Virus record (IMG/VR): IMGVR_UViG_3300050490_000084
Direction: 5' to 3' (one strand)
DNA from: a virus
DNA length: 64,000 bases
Positions 35,177-44,054 of the stretch are shown piece after piece; positions within the stretch are counted from its first letter, which is position 1, and the number at the start of each line of letters is the position of its first letter. The notes under the pieces are model-generated. The model saw only the letters and a list, made by a program, of their open reading frames with translations. It was not told where the DNA came from and ran no database searches. The position numbers and the translations under genes are program-made.

Positions 35177-35226
35177 ATCCTGCCCGACAATGCCTCAGGG
35201 GCGCAACTTTTTGGGCCGAGAGGGGT
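35177..35226 (-). promoter_or_regulatory. A-tract sigma70-like promoter; 24-bp block identical to 44815-44838
   Basis: AAAAAG-TTGCGC-N18-CAGGAT. Confidence 0.55.
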
Positions 35227-35237
35227 GGCGGCGGGGA

Positions 35238-35552
35238 CTAAGGCGCGAGCACTGGCCAAAACCGCACCCGGACGCGGGGCAAGCCCGGGGCCCCTGCCTC
35301 GAGCGCGCGCTGGACTGCCGCATACAGCGGCGAATGGTCGACGCCAATCACGTAGGGGCGGCGCTCGAGGCGCTTGGTCTTCTCTGGCCGTCGTCGACGG
35401 CACCCGGGGCACGTGACGCGAGCGTGGACCCGATAGCACGCCGAGATCTTCGTGCCGCACACGGGCAGCCCATCCGCATGGGCGAGGTGCACGAGGTGCC
35501 CGTTGGCGGAGAGCGCGGCGCGGAGTCGCTCGGGGCGGCGAGGTTTGGTCAC
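35238..35552 (-). CDS. small zinc-finger protein
   Basis: HLAH..PVCGT...TCPGC. Confidence 0.5.
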   Translation of the reverse strand: MTKPRRPERLRAALSANGHLVHLAHADGLPVCGTKISACYRVHARVTCPGCRRRRPEKTKRLERRPYVIGVDHSPLYAAVQRALEAGAPGLPRVRVRFWPVLAP

Positions 35553-35875
35553 AGAGAGCGCCCTTCCTTTCGGGCAAGCGCACCCTCAATGGCGGCGGCT
35601 GCGCGCTCTCCAACGCTCCAATACCCAAACACCCAGCTCCAATTACCCGGACCACCTTGCGTACCGCACATCCCCGTCGTGCCATCCATGCACTTGTACT
35701 GGCCGATGTACTGGTGCCACTCGAAAAAGCCAGCCATCCTTCTCCCGGGCTCGAACTCCAGGACATTCCAGCGCTCGATTGGAGATTGAGTGGGGCCGAG
35801 CTTCGGAGGCGGCGGCGCGTAGGGCGTATACGCCTGCTCGAAATCCACGAAACGGACTGCCGGGATCTCGCTCAT
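35549..35875 (-). CDS. hypothetical protein
   Basis: Coupled ORF. Confidence 0.5.
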   Translation of the reverse strand: MSEIPAVRFVDFEQAYTPYAPPPPKLGPTQSPIERWNVLEFEPGRRMAGFFEWHQYIGQYKCMDGTTGMCGTQGGPGNWSWVFGYWSVGERAAAAIEGALARKEGRSL

Positions 35876-36453
35876 ATGACCGACCAGTCGATGCTCGCCA
35901 TGTCGCTCGTACCCGGCGCGATCTGGATGTAGTTGTAGCCGTCGCTCGCTCGCGGCCCCGCGACGAATTTAGCCCCGCAGCGCACGACGTGATCGTTGAC
36001 GCGAATCTCGCGCGTGTCCCAGTTCGTGCAGGCGATGTGGTTGAGATCGTCGGTGGTCTTCAGACACCAGCCGATCGTGCCGAGATCCATTTTGACTTTG
36101 CTCGAGACGTTCGTGGCGGGGGCGCAGGGGGGATCGATCGGAGGCGGCACCGCGATGGTGCCTCCCGCGCCAGCGCCCGCGCCGCCTGCCGAGCTCGCCC
36201 CGCCGGCGCTCGACGGAGGCGCGCCCGCGGCGCCTGCGCCGGGCTCGGAGTCTCCGCCTGCTCCTGCGGCTCCAGTCGTATCCGGAGCGCCGGCAGCGCC
36301 GTCCGGAGCGCCAGCGGTCCCCACCGCAACCGCTTGCCCGGCTTCGCCTGCTGTCGGTCCCGATCCGATCAGCTGCTCCGGCTTAAACGGCTCGCCGCCG
36401 CACGCCGACAGGGAGAGTAGCGCCAGACCCAGGAAAAAACAGAGGAGCTTCAT
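35872..36453 (-). CDS. lipoprotein with Gly/Ala-rich linker
   Basis: MKLLCFFLGLALLSLSAC lipobox; low-complexity GA linker; Cys-containing C-terminal domain. Confidence 0.7.
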   Translation of the reverse strand: MKLLCFFLGLALLSLSACGGEPFKPEQLIGSGPTAGEAGQAVAVGTAGAPDGAAGAPDTTGAAGAGGDSEPGAGAAGAPPSSAGGASSAGGAGAGAGGTIAVPPPIDPPCAPATNVSSKVKMDLGTIGWCLKTTDDLNHIACTNWDTREIRVNDHVVRCGAKFVAGPRASDGYNYIQIAPGTSDMASIDWSVI

Positions 36454-36524
36454 TTGGCTTCTGAGACTCTTACGGCGGCGTTTCCGTTTCCCTTCCTTCA
36501 TGACATCATGGTACTAGCACGGTA

Positions 36525-37871
36525 ATGGCAAACCCTCCCCAAGATCCTCATGACGCGGCCTTTTTCGAGCAAATGCGGCAGTGCCGCGAGCCCTACCGGC
36601 GCCTGGCCGACTGCTTCGACGCCGTCGTCGGGAAGCAGGAGAGCTGCCTCGATATTGGCTGCGGGATCGGTCTCCAGACCGCGCGCCTGCAGGAGCTCGG
36701 CTGGAATGCGGCGGGCGCCGAATACTCGCCCTACGCGATCGAGATGATCGAGCCCGGGGTCACGGTGACCCCGCTCGATCTCACTCAGCTCCACGACGGG
36801 CAAACAGAAGGCGCGTGGGATTGCGTGATCTGCACCGAGACGGGTGAGCATATCCCCGCCGAGCACGCCATGACCGTCGTGCGCAATGTCGCCGACCGCG
36901 CGCAGAAGTTCATTATCTGGTCCGCGGCGGCGCCCGGGCAAGAGTGGGAAGGCCACATCAACCTCCAGCACCCCGAGTACTGGCTCACGCGGTTTCGGAT
37001 CTTGGGCTGGGACATCGACGACGACCGCACCGCCAAGCTCCGCTACTTGATGAGCAAAACCAACGCTCAGCACGTGCTCGGCAAGGAGAACTTCTGCGTG
37101 CTCACCAAGGCTCGAAAGCCGCTGCACATGACGATCGTGAGCACGATCCTAAACGGCAAAAAGTGGGTCAGAAAGCACATCGAAAGCGTCGTCACTCAGA
37201 CCTTCGACAACTATACGCACTACATCATCGACGCCGCGAGCGATGACGGGACCGCCGACGAAGCCAAGCAGGTACGCAGCGGGTGTTGGGATGTGTACCG
37301 CGAGAAGCTCGAGATCGTCCGCAACGACACGAGACAGTCCGCACTCGAAAACTGCTGGTCGATCTGGAAAGATCTCCCCGACGACGAGGTCATCATCTGG
37401 CTCGATGGCGACGACTGGCTGGCGCACGATCAGGCGCTCGAGATCGTGGCGCGCGCCTACTGCGCTTCGAGCGAGCCGTGGCTCACGTACGGGCAGTTTA
37501 TGTTCCAGGACGGTGGGGTGGGGTTTGCGAGCCCATACAATCCAGGCGCGCACGCGCGACTCGATCCGGTGTGGCGCGCAACGCACCTGAAGACGTTTCG
37601 AGCTGGGCTCGTGAAGAAGCTCAACGTCGATGACATCAAACGCCCCGACGGATCGTGGGTCGATCTCGCCATCGACCGCACGATCATGTGGCCGCTGCTC
37701 GAGATGGCGGGGGATCGCTATACCTGCATCCCGCAGATCTTGTCGGTCTACAACTACGACGCCTCCTGGGCCGCCAACCGTCCCGCCGATCAGCTGAAGA
37801 CTGAGCTCGACGAGGTGGCTCGGCTGCGCGGGCTCACGCCGTATCCCGCGCTCACCAAGCGCCCATGGTGA
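36525..37871 (+). CDS. SAM-dependent methyltransferase-GT2 glycosyltransferase fusion
   Basis: LDIGCGIG motif I and CTETGEH; GT2 IIDAASDDGT and WLDGDDW. Confidence 0.85.
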   Translation: MANPPQDPHDAAFFEQMRQCREPYRRLADCFDAVVGKQESCLDIGCGIGLQTARLQELGWNAAGAEYSPYAIEMIEPGVTVTPLDLTQLHDGQTEGAWDCVICTETGEHIPAEHAMTVVRNVADRAQKFIIWSAAAPGQEWEGHINLQHPEYWLTRFRILGWDIDDDRTAKLRYLMSKTNAQHVLGKENFCVLTKARKPLHMTIVSTILNGKKWVRKHIESVVTQTFDNYTHYIIDAASDDGTADEAKQVRSGCWDVYREKLEIVRNDTRQSALENCWSIWKDLPDDEVIIWLDGDDWLAHDQALEIVARAYCASSEPWLTYGQFMFQDGGVGFASPYNPGAHARLDPVWRATHLKTFRAGLVKKLNVDDIKRPDGSWVDLAIDRTIMWPLLEMAGDRYTCIPQILSVYNYDASWAANRPADQLKTELDEVARLRGLTPYPALTKRPW

Positions 37872-38026
37872 TCTTCCCGTTTACACCAGAAGTCTTGGCG
37901 AGGCTTCGCGAGCACGCCTCCGATCCGCCTACTCCATGGACGACATCAGATGTCATCGGCGGCGCGCTGTTGTTTTTTTTCATCCTGTTCGGCGCTCTAG
38001 CCGGCAGCGCGCGCCGGAAGCGCTAA
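37868..38026 (+). CDS. 52-aa membrane peptide (not in the ORF track)
   Basis: GTG start overlaps the upstream stop; VIGGALLFFFILFGALAGS followed by RRKR. Confidence 0.5.
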   Translation: MIFPFTPEVLARLREHASDPPTPWTTSDVIGGALLFFFILFGALAGSARRKR

Positions 38027-38086
38027 TCGATCCGACTGCCCGAGCATACTTTGGTAAGACGCCAACCCGAAAGTAGAGAGCACCAA

Positions 38087-38306
38087 ATGAGCGAGTTTAA
38101 GCAATACCGACGCAAACAAATCGCCGAGATCCGTGAGTTCCGTTCCAGGGGAGACGCTTTCGGATCGCGTTTCAATCAGCCCTACGGACAAGGACGCTGG
38201 GTCACCTAAACCTGGTGACATGATCGCTCGCAACCCAAAGAATCACGACGACCAATGGCTGATCGCGGCTGATTATTTCGCGGATAATTTCGAGCCGGTC
38301 GACTAA
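38087..38306 (+). pseudogene. frameshifted small phage-type gene (one extra base near 38141)
   Basis: MSEFKQYRRKQIAEIREF joins VPGETL...GDMIARNPKNHDDQWLIAADYFADNFEPVD* only after removing one nt. Confidence 0.6.
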
Positions 38307-38842
38307 ACGATCCGCTTGCCCGAGCGAGCCTGATAGCGCCGCTCGATGCGAAACCCGTGGGCCTCTGGATCTCTGCCGAGGCTCACGGCGCGATCATGGA
38401 TGCCTTCAGTCGCACCGATGCGCGCCATCTGCTCTGCCCGCTTGAGGGGGTGCGGGCCGTAGGGCCCTTCGCTCGAGAGCGGCGCGTCCGAATGCGGAGC
38501 GAGCACCCAGACGTAGTAGGAGGCGTTCGGCTGCAGCTGGCGCCTCTCGAACTCCCGCGTCTGCTCGTCGTCGAGGTGCACTTCCCAGATCGCCCAGCCA
38601 ACTTGGCTCTCCCCGTAGCGCTTCGTCGTCACACCTTTACGCCGCGCCTTGTCTTGAATGACGAGGCCCTTACGCGCGGCTGACTTCAGCAAGCGATAGG
38701 CTACCTCGGTGTCGATTCCAAGACCCGCGGCCACGTCATCCGTTGTTGCGCGCGCCCAGCCGTTGCCCTTCTCACCACCGAAGGAGTCATGGTCCTCCGA
38801 CTCGAAAGCGATCCAGCGCGCTGCGTCTTCTGCCGTGGCCAT
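38303..38842 (-). CDS. hypothetical protein, possible winged-helix N-terminus
   Basis: TTDDVAAGLGIDTEVAYRLLKSAARKGLV. Confidence 0.6.
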   Translation of the reverse strand: MATAEDAARWIAFESEDHDSFGGEKGNGWARATTDDVAAGLGIDTEVAYRLLKSAARKGLVIQDKARRKGVTTKRYGESQVGWAIWEVHLDDEQTREFERRQLQPNASYYVWVLAPHSDAPLSSEGPYGPHPLKRAEQMARIGATEGIHDRAVSLGRDPEAHGFRIERRYQARSGKRIV

Positions 38843-39580
38843 CTACGCCGCCTCTTCCAGATGCCCGTGCCCCGTGAGCCCGTGCTCGTACACGTTGAAG
38901 CTCGCGAAGGCCTCGCTCGCCCGCACGTGGAGCGGGATGGGATCGCTCAAGGGAGCGACCGCATCGTGGACGGGGTTCGGCCAGTAGAGGGCGGGGGTGC
39001 CGTAGTCGCCGTCATCGATCGCAGCGGCGTTGGCGAGGCAGAGCTGCACCTGGAGGTTCCGCGGGTGGACACCGGGATTGCCGTCTTCGCGGATCTTCGC
39101 GCAGCGCGCAGCGCTCGCCCAGTCGCGCTGCAAGACGAAGTGGGAGAAGTTCGTGAAGGTTTTCGGGAAGCCTGCGCCGCAAGCCCAGGCCATTGCCATG
39201 ATCGCGAGCTGCGCGTCAGCAGGAAAGTCATCCCACGCGGGGTAGTAGTGCTTGAGCGTGCCTTCGAAGAGTTCCATGCGCTGCTGGAGGAGCGCATCGA
39301 CTCCCGACTGCGTGAGCCTCAGCGAGCACGCTTCCTTGTAGCGATTGAAGTGCATCGCCTTGGGCAGGGCGTTCACCTTGTTCCATTCGGCGGCGATCGT
39401 GGCGGGCGACGGCGAGTCCACCCAGCCGGGCACCGCCGCAGCGAGCGCTTCGGGCTCGATGAGGCAGCCGTAGCCGATCGTGACGAGGCCCAAAATGTCC
39501 TGGTAGGGCCAGAGCACGCAGCCCTCGAGCGGAGCTGTAAACCTCGGGAACACCTCCACCACTGCTTGCCGAATCGTCAT
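38843..39580 (-). CDS. phage lysozyme (GH24-like endolysin)
   Basis: LEGCVLWPYQDILGLVTIGYG catalytic-loop pattern. Confidence 0.75.
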   Translation of the reverse strand: MTIRQAVVEVFPRFTAPLEGCVLWPYQDILGLVTIGYGCLIEPEALAAAVPGWVDSPSPATIAAEWNKVNALPKAMHFNRYKEACSLRLTQSGVDALLQQRMELFEGTLKHYYPAWDDFPADAQLAIMAMAWACGAGFPKTFTNFSHFVLQRDWASAARCAKIREDGNPGVHPRNLQVQLCLANAAAIDDGDYGTPALYWPNPVHDAVAPLSDPIPLHVRASEAFASFNVYEHGLTGHGHLEEAA

Positions 39581-39801
39581 ACCCTCACCGGTCCTCTCAC
39601 CATCACCGTGTGCGCAGCGCCACAGATCCCGCAGATCCCGCACCCCTCACACACGCGCCGCGTCGGGTGAAGAAGCGTGTCCTTGTGCCCGCAGTGCTTG
39701 CACGAGAGATCGATCGCCAGCCGCTCCGGTGGCGGCGGCACGCTGTACAGCACCCCGCATCCACTGCACTCGTAGGGCCGATCGTCGGTCGGGAGGCTCA
39801 T
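39577..39801 (-). CDS. small multi-CxxC protein
   Basis: CSGC, CKHC, CEGC, CGIC. Confidence 0.5.
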   Translation of the reverse strand: MSLPTDDRPYECSGCGVLYSVPPPPERLAIDLSCKHCGHKDTLLHPTRRVCEGCGICGICGAAHTVMVRGPVRV

Positions 39802-40136
39802 TTGATCAAATCCTCGACCGTCGACTCGACCTGCCCCCACTGCGAGACGAGCGTCGGTAGCTCCGCCAATATCGAGTACACGCTCGCGCACATCGCCACG
39901 AAGCGCACGCAGTCGCTGAGCTTGACGTGCACGTCGCGTGGAGGCGGCGGCGACTCCTGAATCGGACCGATGAAGGCCTTCCTCGCCTTGGCCGCCTCCA
40001 TGTCACCCACCAGCCCATCGATCATGAGTTTCCCCACGACCGCGGCGCCGCCGAGGAGAAGGCCGTAGCCGATGAGCTGCTGCGTTCCCTGAGAGATCGG
40101 CGGCAGCGGCGTGGGCTTCGAAGTAGCGGCGAGCAT
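39798..40136 (-). CDS. small membrane protein
   Basis: LIGYGLLLGGAAVVG TM segment. Confidence 0.55.
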   Translation of the reverse strand: MLAATSKPTPLPPISQGTQQLIGYGLLLGGAAVVGKLMIDGLVGDMEAAKARKAFIGPIQESPPPPRDVHVKLSDCVRFVAMCASVYSILAELPTLVSQWGQVESTVEDLIK

Positions 40137-40390
40137 CAGGTGTTCCAGCGGCGGAGGTAGTTGACGACTTCTGCGGTAGTCAGGCACGAGCGGATGAATC
40201 GCGCGAGCGCTCGGGACTCTGGCAGGGCGTCGGCGATCTGCTCGCTCACCCATTCGCGTAGCGCTGGGATGTCGTCCTTCGGAAATTCTTCCGTCGCAAA
40301 GAACTCTCCCGCGAGATCGGGATCGTCGAGCAGCACCTGCAACTCACGCGCAAACTGCTCGTTGAGATCCGCGGGCTTTGCCATCGGCAA
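40136..40390 (-). CDS. acidic hypothetical protein
   Basis: Coupled ORF. Confidence 0.55.
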   Translation of the reverse strand: MPMAKPADLNEQFARELQVLLDDPDLAGEFFATEEFPKDDIPALREWVSEQIADALPESRALARFIRSCLTTAEVVNYLRRWNT

Positions 40391-41017
40391 TCACCCCATC
40401 GTGACGGACATCGGGAGCAATGCGTAACCGGAGGGAGCCGGCAGTTCGATGCCGCACTGGGAAGCCAGTGTCTGCGGCACGACGAGCTTTCGACCGCCCG
40501 AGCACCATGCCGCTTGCGGGCTCGGCACGTGGAACTTGGCGCTGATCTTCGCGCCGTGCGTCGCAAGCCAGCTCGCCGGCTCGATGGCGGTGCCGAGCGC
40601 GGCCTTGCCGGTGGGGAGCCGGGAGAGATTCCAGACCGCGAATTTGACGGTGCTGGCGAGCCCGATCTGCTCACCGGCGCTCACGGCGTCGCCCGAGTGC
40701 ATCTGCGCGAGGAAGGCTTCCGGATCGCCCGAGTACTCGAGCACGACGGCCTGGTCCGAGGGGATGATCAGGATGCGCCCCGGCATGGCGTCGGCCACGA
40801 CGCCGCGCACCGGAGAGTACACTTCGGTCTGCCCCGAGAAGCTCGTGATGGTCATCGCCGGATCGCACGAAAATGCGCCCGCGCAGCGGGACGCAAAGCC
40901 GTCTTTGACCAGCGTCCGCCACGGGTGATACAGCGCCCGGAACGCACACAGGGCGCCGACGGTGCCCCAGAAGAGCGCGCCGTAGGGGTGTTTCTGCTTC
41001 TTCGGGGAATCGGCCAT
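40391..41017 (-). CDS. membrane-anchored protein with an M23/duplicated-hybrid-like fold (catalytic motifs not evident)
   Basis: N-terminal TM; VYSPVRGVV...GDAVSAGEQIG...IEPASWL. Confidence 0.5.
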   Translation of the reverse strand: MADSPKKQKHPYGALFWGTVGALCAFRALYHPWRTLVKDGFASRCAGAFSCDPAMTITSFSGQTEVYSPVRGVVADAMPGRILIIPSDQAVVLEYSGDPEAFLAQMHSGDAVSAGEQIGLASTVKFAVWNLSRLPTGKAALGTAIEPASWLATHGAKISAKFHVPSPQAAWCSGGRKLVVPQTLASQCGIELPAPSGYALLPMSVTMG

Positions 41018-41024
41018 TGACAAA

Positions 41025-41058
41025 AAGCTACCCGGATCCCGAATCCGAAGCAACTTTT
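41025..41058 (-). promoter_or_regulatory. A-tract sigma70-like promoter
   Basis: AAAAG-TTGCTT-N17-TAGCTT. Confidence 0.55.
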
Positions 41059-41753
41059 CGGGCCATGAGGCGCTGGCGATCTTGAATCTTTCGCTCGGTC
41101 AGCGGGCGCGCCTGCGACGAGCTCACGGGGGCCGGACCCCCGCGAGCGGCCGGATAGTGCGGCAGCAGCAAGCGCCGGAGTTTGCCGATCGCGCGCTTTT
41201 CGATCTGCCGGATGCGCTCGCGGGAAATGTCCCAGTCGAGGGCAATCGACTCGAAGGTGCGCTCCTCGACGAAGCGCTGCTCGATCACGTAGCGCTCGCG
41301 GGGCGAGAGCTGACCGAGCACCTGACCGATGAGGGCTTCCGCCTCGGTCGTCTCCAGGCGCGCATCCGGCGCCGGAAGCTCGGTACGGATTTGACGCCGC
41401 GACTCCCCGAAATCGTCCTCTTCGTCCATACTGGAGACGATCCCCTGCCGCTTCTTGCTTCGACCCGTGCGACGGAGCAACTCGAAGCGGTGCATGAGCG
41501 AGATATACGCGTACGTCTTGAAACTAGCGCCACCGTCTTCTCGGTAGGTCATCGTACTCTTCCAGACCGTCAGCTGACCCATCGCGACGATGTCATCGTA
41601 GTCATAGAAGCGCGCGAGCTTCCGGGCGTATTGACCAGCCACGTGCCGCACGAGCGGCAAGTACTGCTTGAGCAGCACGAGGCGCTCGGCATACGAGCGC
41701 GCGGGAAGCTCCGCTTCCGGAGAAGCGCATTCAGCAAGGGCACGAGCGGACAT
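41028..41753 (-). CDS. sigma70-family factor (regions 2 and 4)
   Basis: YLPLVRHVA..DDIVAMGQLTVWKS..ASFKTYA; LSPRERYVIEQRF...ISRERIRQIEKRAIGKLR. Confidence 0.88.
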   Translation of the reverse strand: MSARALAECASPEAELPARSYAERLVLLKQYLPLVRHVAGQYARKLARFYDYDDIVAMGQLTVWKSTMTYREDGGASFKTYAYISLMHRFELLRRTGRSKKRQGIVSSMDEEDDFGESRRQIRTELPAPDARLETTEAEALIGQVLGQLSPRERYVIEQRFVEERTFESIALDWDISRERIRQIEKRAIGKLRRLLLPHYPAARGGPAPVSSSQARPLTERKIQDRQRLMARKVASDSGSG

Positions 41754-41786
41754 CGTGCGAGATTACCCGCACTCCTGCCTCACTCG

Positions 41787-42338
41787 CTAGCGCAAACCCA
41801 TCGGGCGCGCCCGCGTCGCATCGAAGCTCTGAATGTGGCATGGGCCGAGGTATCCATACGGCATCCCCATCACGCGCTCGGCGATCGCATCGGCCGTGAG
41901 CTCGACTACGTCGGCGTCGCGCCGGTGCCAGGCCTTGAGCCATTTGCTCCACTGCTTGCCTTCGACCTGCGCCTTCGGGCGACGCAAGGCGGGGCCGCCG
42001 TCGTTGAGCACAAACTCCCCCGGATAGAGAAAATCCGTCGCGTGCCCAAACTCATGCGCCATGATAGCGAGCATCACCGTGTCCGCCACGTCCGCGAGCT
42101 CGGGAGCGAGCAGGATCATCGATCCGTCGTCCTTGCAGGCGCCAAAGTGGCGCTCCGAATCGTGCATCGCGGGAGCGACGAAGAGCCGCACGCGTTTGAC
42201 GAGCTTGAAGCCCGCGCTCAGGTAGTCGTCGCGGACGGCGTTGAAGTACGGCTCGAGGACGGAGTAGGCCTCATCGGGATCGAGCGGCTGGTAAGCGGCG
42301 CTGTCGATGCCGGGCAAACAGCGCGCGGGGCTCGCCAT
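41787..42338 (-). CDS. zincin-like metallopeptidase domain protein
   Basis: IMAHEFGH (HExxH) and downstream ELTADAIA. Confidence 0.65.
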   Translation of the reverse strand: MASPARCLPGIDSAAYQPLDPDEAYSVLEPYFNAVRDDYLSAGFKLVKRVRLFVAPAMHDSERHFGACKDDGSMILLAPELADVADTVMLAIMAHEFGHATDFLYPGEFVLNDGGPALRRPKAQVEGKQWSKWLKAWHRRDADVVELTADAIAERVMGMPYGYLGPCHIQSFDATRARPMGLR

Positions 42339-42353
42339 GTGCGGAGAGAAAAC

Positions 42354-42767
42354 TCAGCGACGCCCTGCCGCAGCGCGGGCTTGCTGAGCGATCTGCGTGG
42401 CCTGCGCCGGATCGAGCGCGCCCTGGCTTACGCCCATCTGCACGTAGCGCTGGAGCTCGGCGGGCGTGTAGTGGATGTTGAGCAGCACGTGGCAGTTGCC
42501 GAGGGCGCAGCCGATGTTTGGGTAGAGGGTGCCGTTGCCAACGTTCCAGCCCTGGGGGACGAGGGACTGCGATCCGACGATGATCTCTTCCCAGGAAAAA
42601 TAAATATCGTTTTTCCTGCCGCAGTTGTTGCAGGTGCAGCGCGTCTTCAGGAGCCGCGACTTCGGATCGACCACCGTCGCGACCTTCCCGAACTCCCTCA
42701 CCGCGTCGCCGGCGAAGACGCCATCGCCCTGATTTGCAAGATCGTCGTCGTCGAAGTCGTTGGCCAT
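42354..42767 (-). CDS. hypothetical protein with Cys clusters
   Basis: CTCNNC...C..C; promoter upstream. Confidence 0.6.
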   Translation of the reverse strand: MANDFDDDDLANQGDGVFAGDAVREFGKVATVVDPKSRLLKTRCTCNNCGRKNDIYFSWEEIIVGSQSLVPQGWNVGNGTLYPNIGCALGNCHVLLNIHYTPAELQRYVQMGVSQGALDPAQATQIAQQARAAAGRR

Positions 42768-42777
42768 GGATGCTCCA

Positions 42778-42812
42778 AAGCTACCCGGTTGTCGCCAGGC
42801 ACTCAAGCTTTT
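42778..42812 (-). promoter_or_regulatory. A-tract sigma70-like promoter
   Basis: AAAAGC-TTGAGT-N17-TAGCTT. Confidence 0.55.
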
Positions 42813-42815
42813 CTG

Positions 42816-43268
42816 TCACGCCACGTGGCGGGGTGGAGGTGGCGGGCCATCCACCGGGGTCGGCTCGTCATCGTGGGCCGCATCCATGAGCGGCGGGATA
42901 ACGGGGTCGGGAGCTGGAGCGGGCGCAGGGGCAGGCAGGGGAGCGCCGCCCGCGCCGCCGCTCCAGGGGAGCGGGGACTCTTTCAGCGCGGCAGCGGCGC
43001 CCATGGCCGACAGGGCAATCTTGATCGCGTCCCAGACGGAGGCCGCCGCCGTCTCGTGCGCCTCGAAGCCATGCACGAATGCCGTGCACGCCCCGGCGAT
43101 GACCGGCACGCTCCAGCGGTAGCCGACCGGGATCTTGAGCCAGATCTTCTGGCGGAGCCAGGGCAGGCTCTTCAGGAGCTGCGTGCCGATCATGATGGTG
43201 AGTGCGGCGGAGGCAAACCAGTTCTGGGTGGTGAGGGAGGCGTACAGATCGATCAGCGGCTGGGGCAT
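42816..43268 (-). CDS. multi-TM protein, holin-like (tentative)
   Basis: Three hydrophobic segments, Pro-rich tail. Confidence 0.5.
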   Translation of the reverse strand: MPQPLIDLYASLTTQNWFASAALTIMIGTQLLKSLPWLRQKIWLKIPVGYRWSVPVIAGACTAFVHGFEAHETAAASVWDAIKIALSAMGAAAALKESPLPWSGGAGGAPLPAPAPAPAPDPVIPPLMDAAHDDEPTPVDGPPPPPRHVA

Positions 43269-43277
43269 GGCGGTCTT

Positions 43278-44054
43278 TCAGGGTTTGGGCGGGACCGGGT
43301 AGGGATCCCGCGGTTGCACGATGTGAGTGCCCGTCACCTTGTGAGGATCGACGAGCGGGGAAGGGTAGAAGCGAAGCGGGTCGCGGGGAGGCGTGCCGGG
43401 GGGGTCGTCGATCTTCACGCTGGCTGCTCGCTCCAGTACGTCCGTCACCCAGCTCCGTACGTCCAGGTTGTAGCGGTAGTCTTCGTTGCGATCGTCCGAG
43501 CGCTGCTTGGCTTCAGCCTCGATGTGCGCGTCGATCTTCTTGTCGGTCTTGGCGAGCGATGTCTCGAGCGCTTCGAAGTGCTTGAGCACCTCGGGGCTCG
43601 GCTTTTGCGCGTTGATGATCATCGCGATGAGCCCCGTCAGGGCCACGACGAATGCGGCGACGTACTGGAGGTGGCTCCATTCAAACTTCTTTTTCACCTC
43701 AGGCAGAGGCGGCGGCGGGCAGCTCTTCACCTCGTGCACGACGAGCTTTCGGAGCTCCGAGCGGAGCTGGGCCTCGAAGGCGCGCTGGCGCTCGACCTGC
43801 CGCTCCTCTTCTTCCTCCCGCTTGTCGGAGATCTCGGCCAGCATGCGGCCTTCGGTCGCAGCGATGGCGCTCAAGAGCGCTTGGTGCGGATCGAGGGCAG
43901 AGGCGGGGACCTTGGGGGCCTTCAGCGCCATGCGGGCGATGGGCTCGCCCTTGATGGTGTGGGCGGGGAGCGCCCGGTACACGCCGGGTGGCGGATCTTC
44001 GCCGCGATCGTGAGGGGGGAGCGTCGGGCGGGAGCGCTTGGGATCATCAGCCAC
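43278..44054 (-). CDS. single-TM coiled-coil protein
   Basis: YVAAFVVALTGLIAMII TM between coiled coils. Confidence 0.6.
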   Translation of the reverse strand: MADDPKRSRPTLPPHDRGEDPPPGVYRALPAHTIKGEPIARMALKAPKVPASALDPHQALLSAIAATEGRMLAEISDKREEEEERQVERQRAFEAQLRSELRKLVVHEVKSCPPPPLPEVKKKFEWSHLQYVAAFVVALTGLIAMIINAQKPSPEVLKHFEALETSLAKTDKKIDAHIEAEAKQRSDDRNEDYRYNLDVRSWVTDVLERAASVKIDDPPGTPPRDPLRFYPSPLVDPHKVTGTHIVQPRDPYPVPPKP

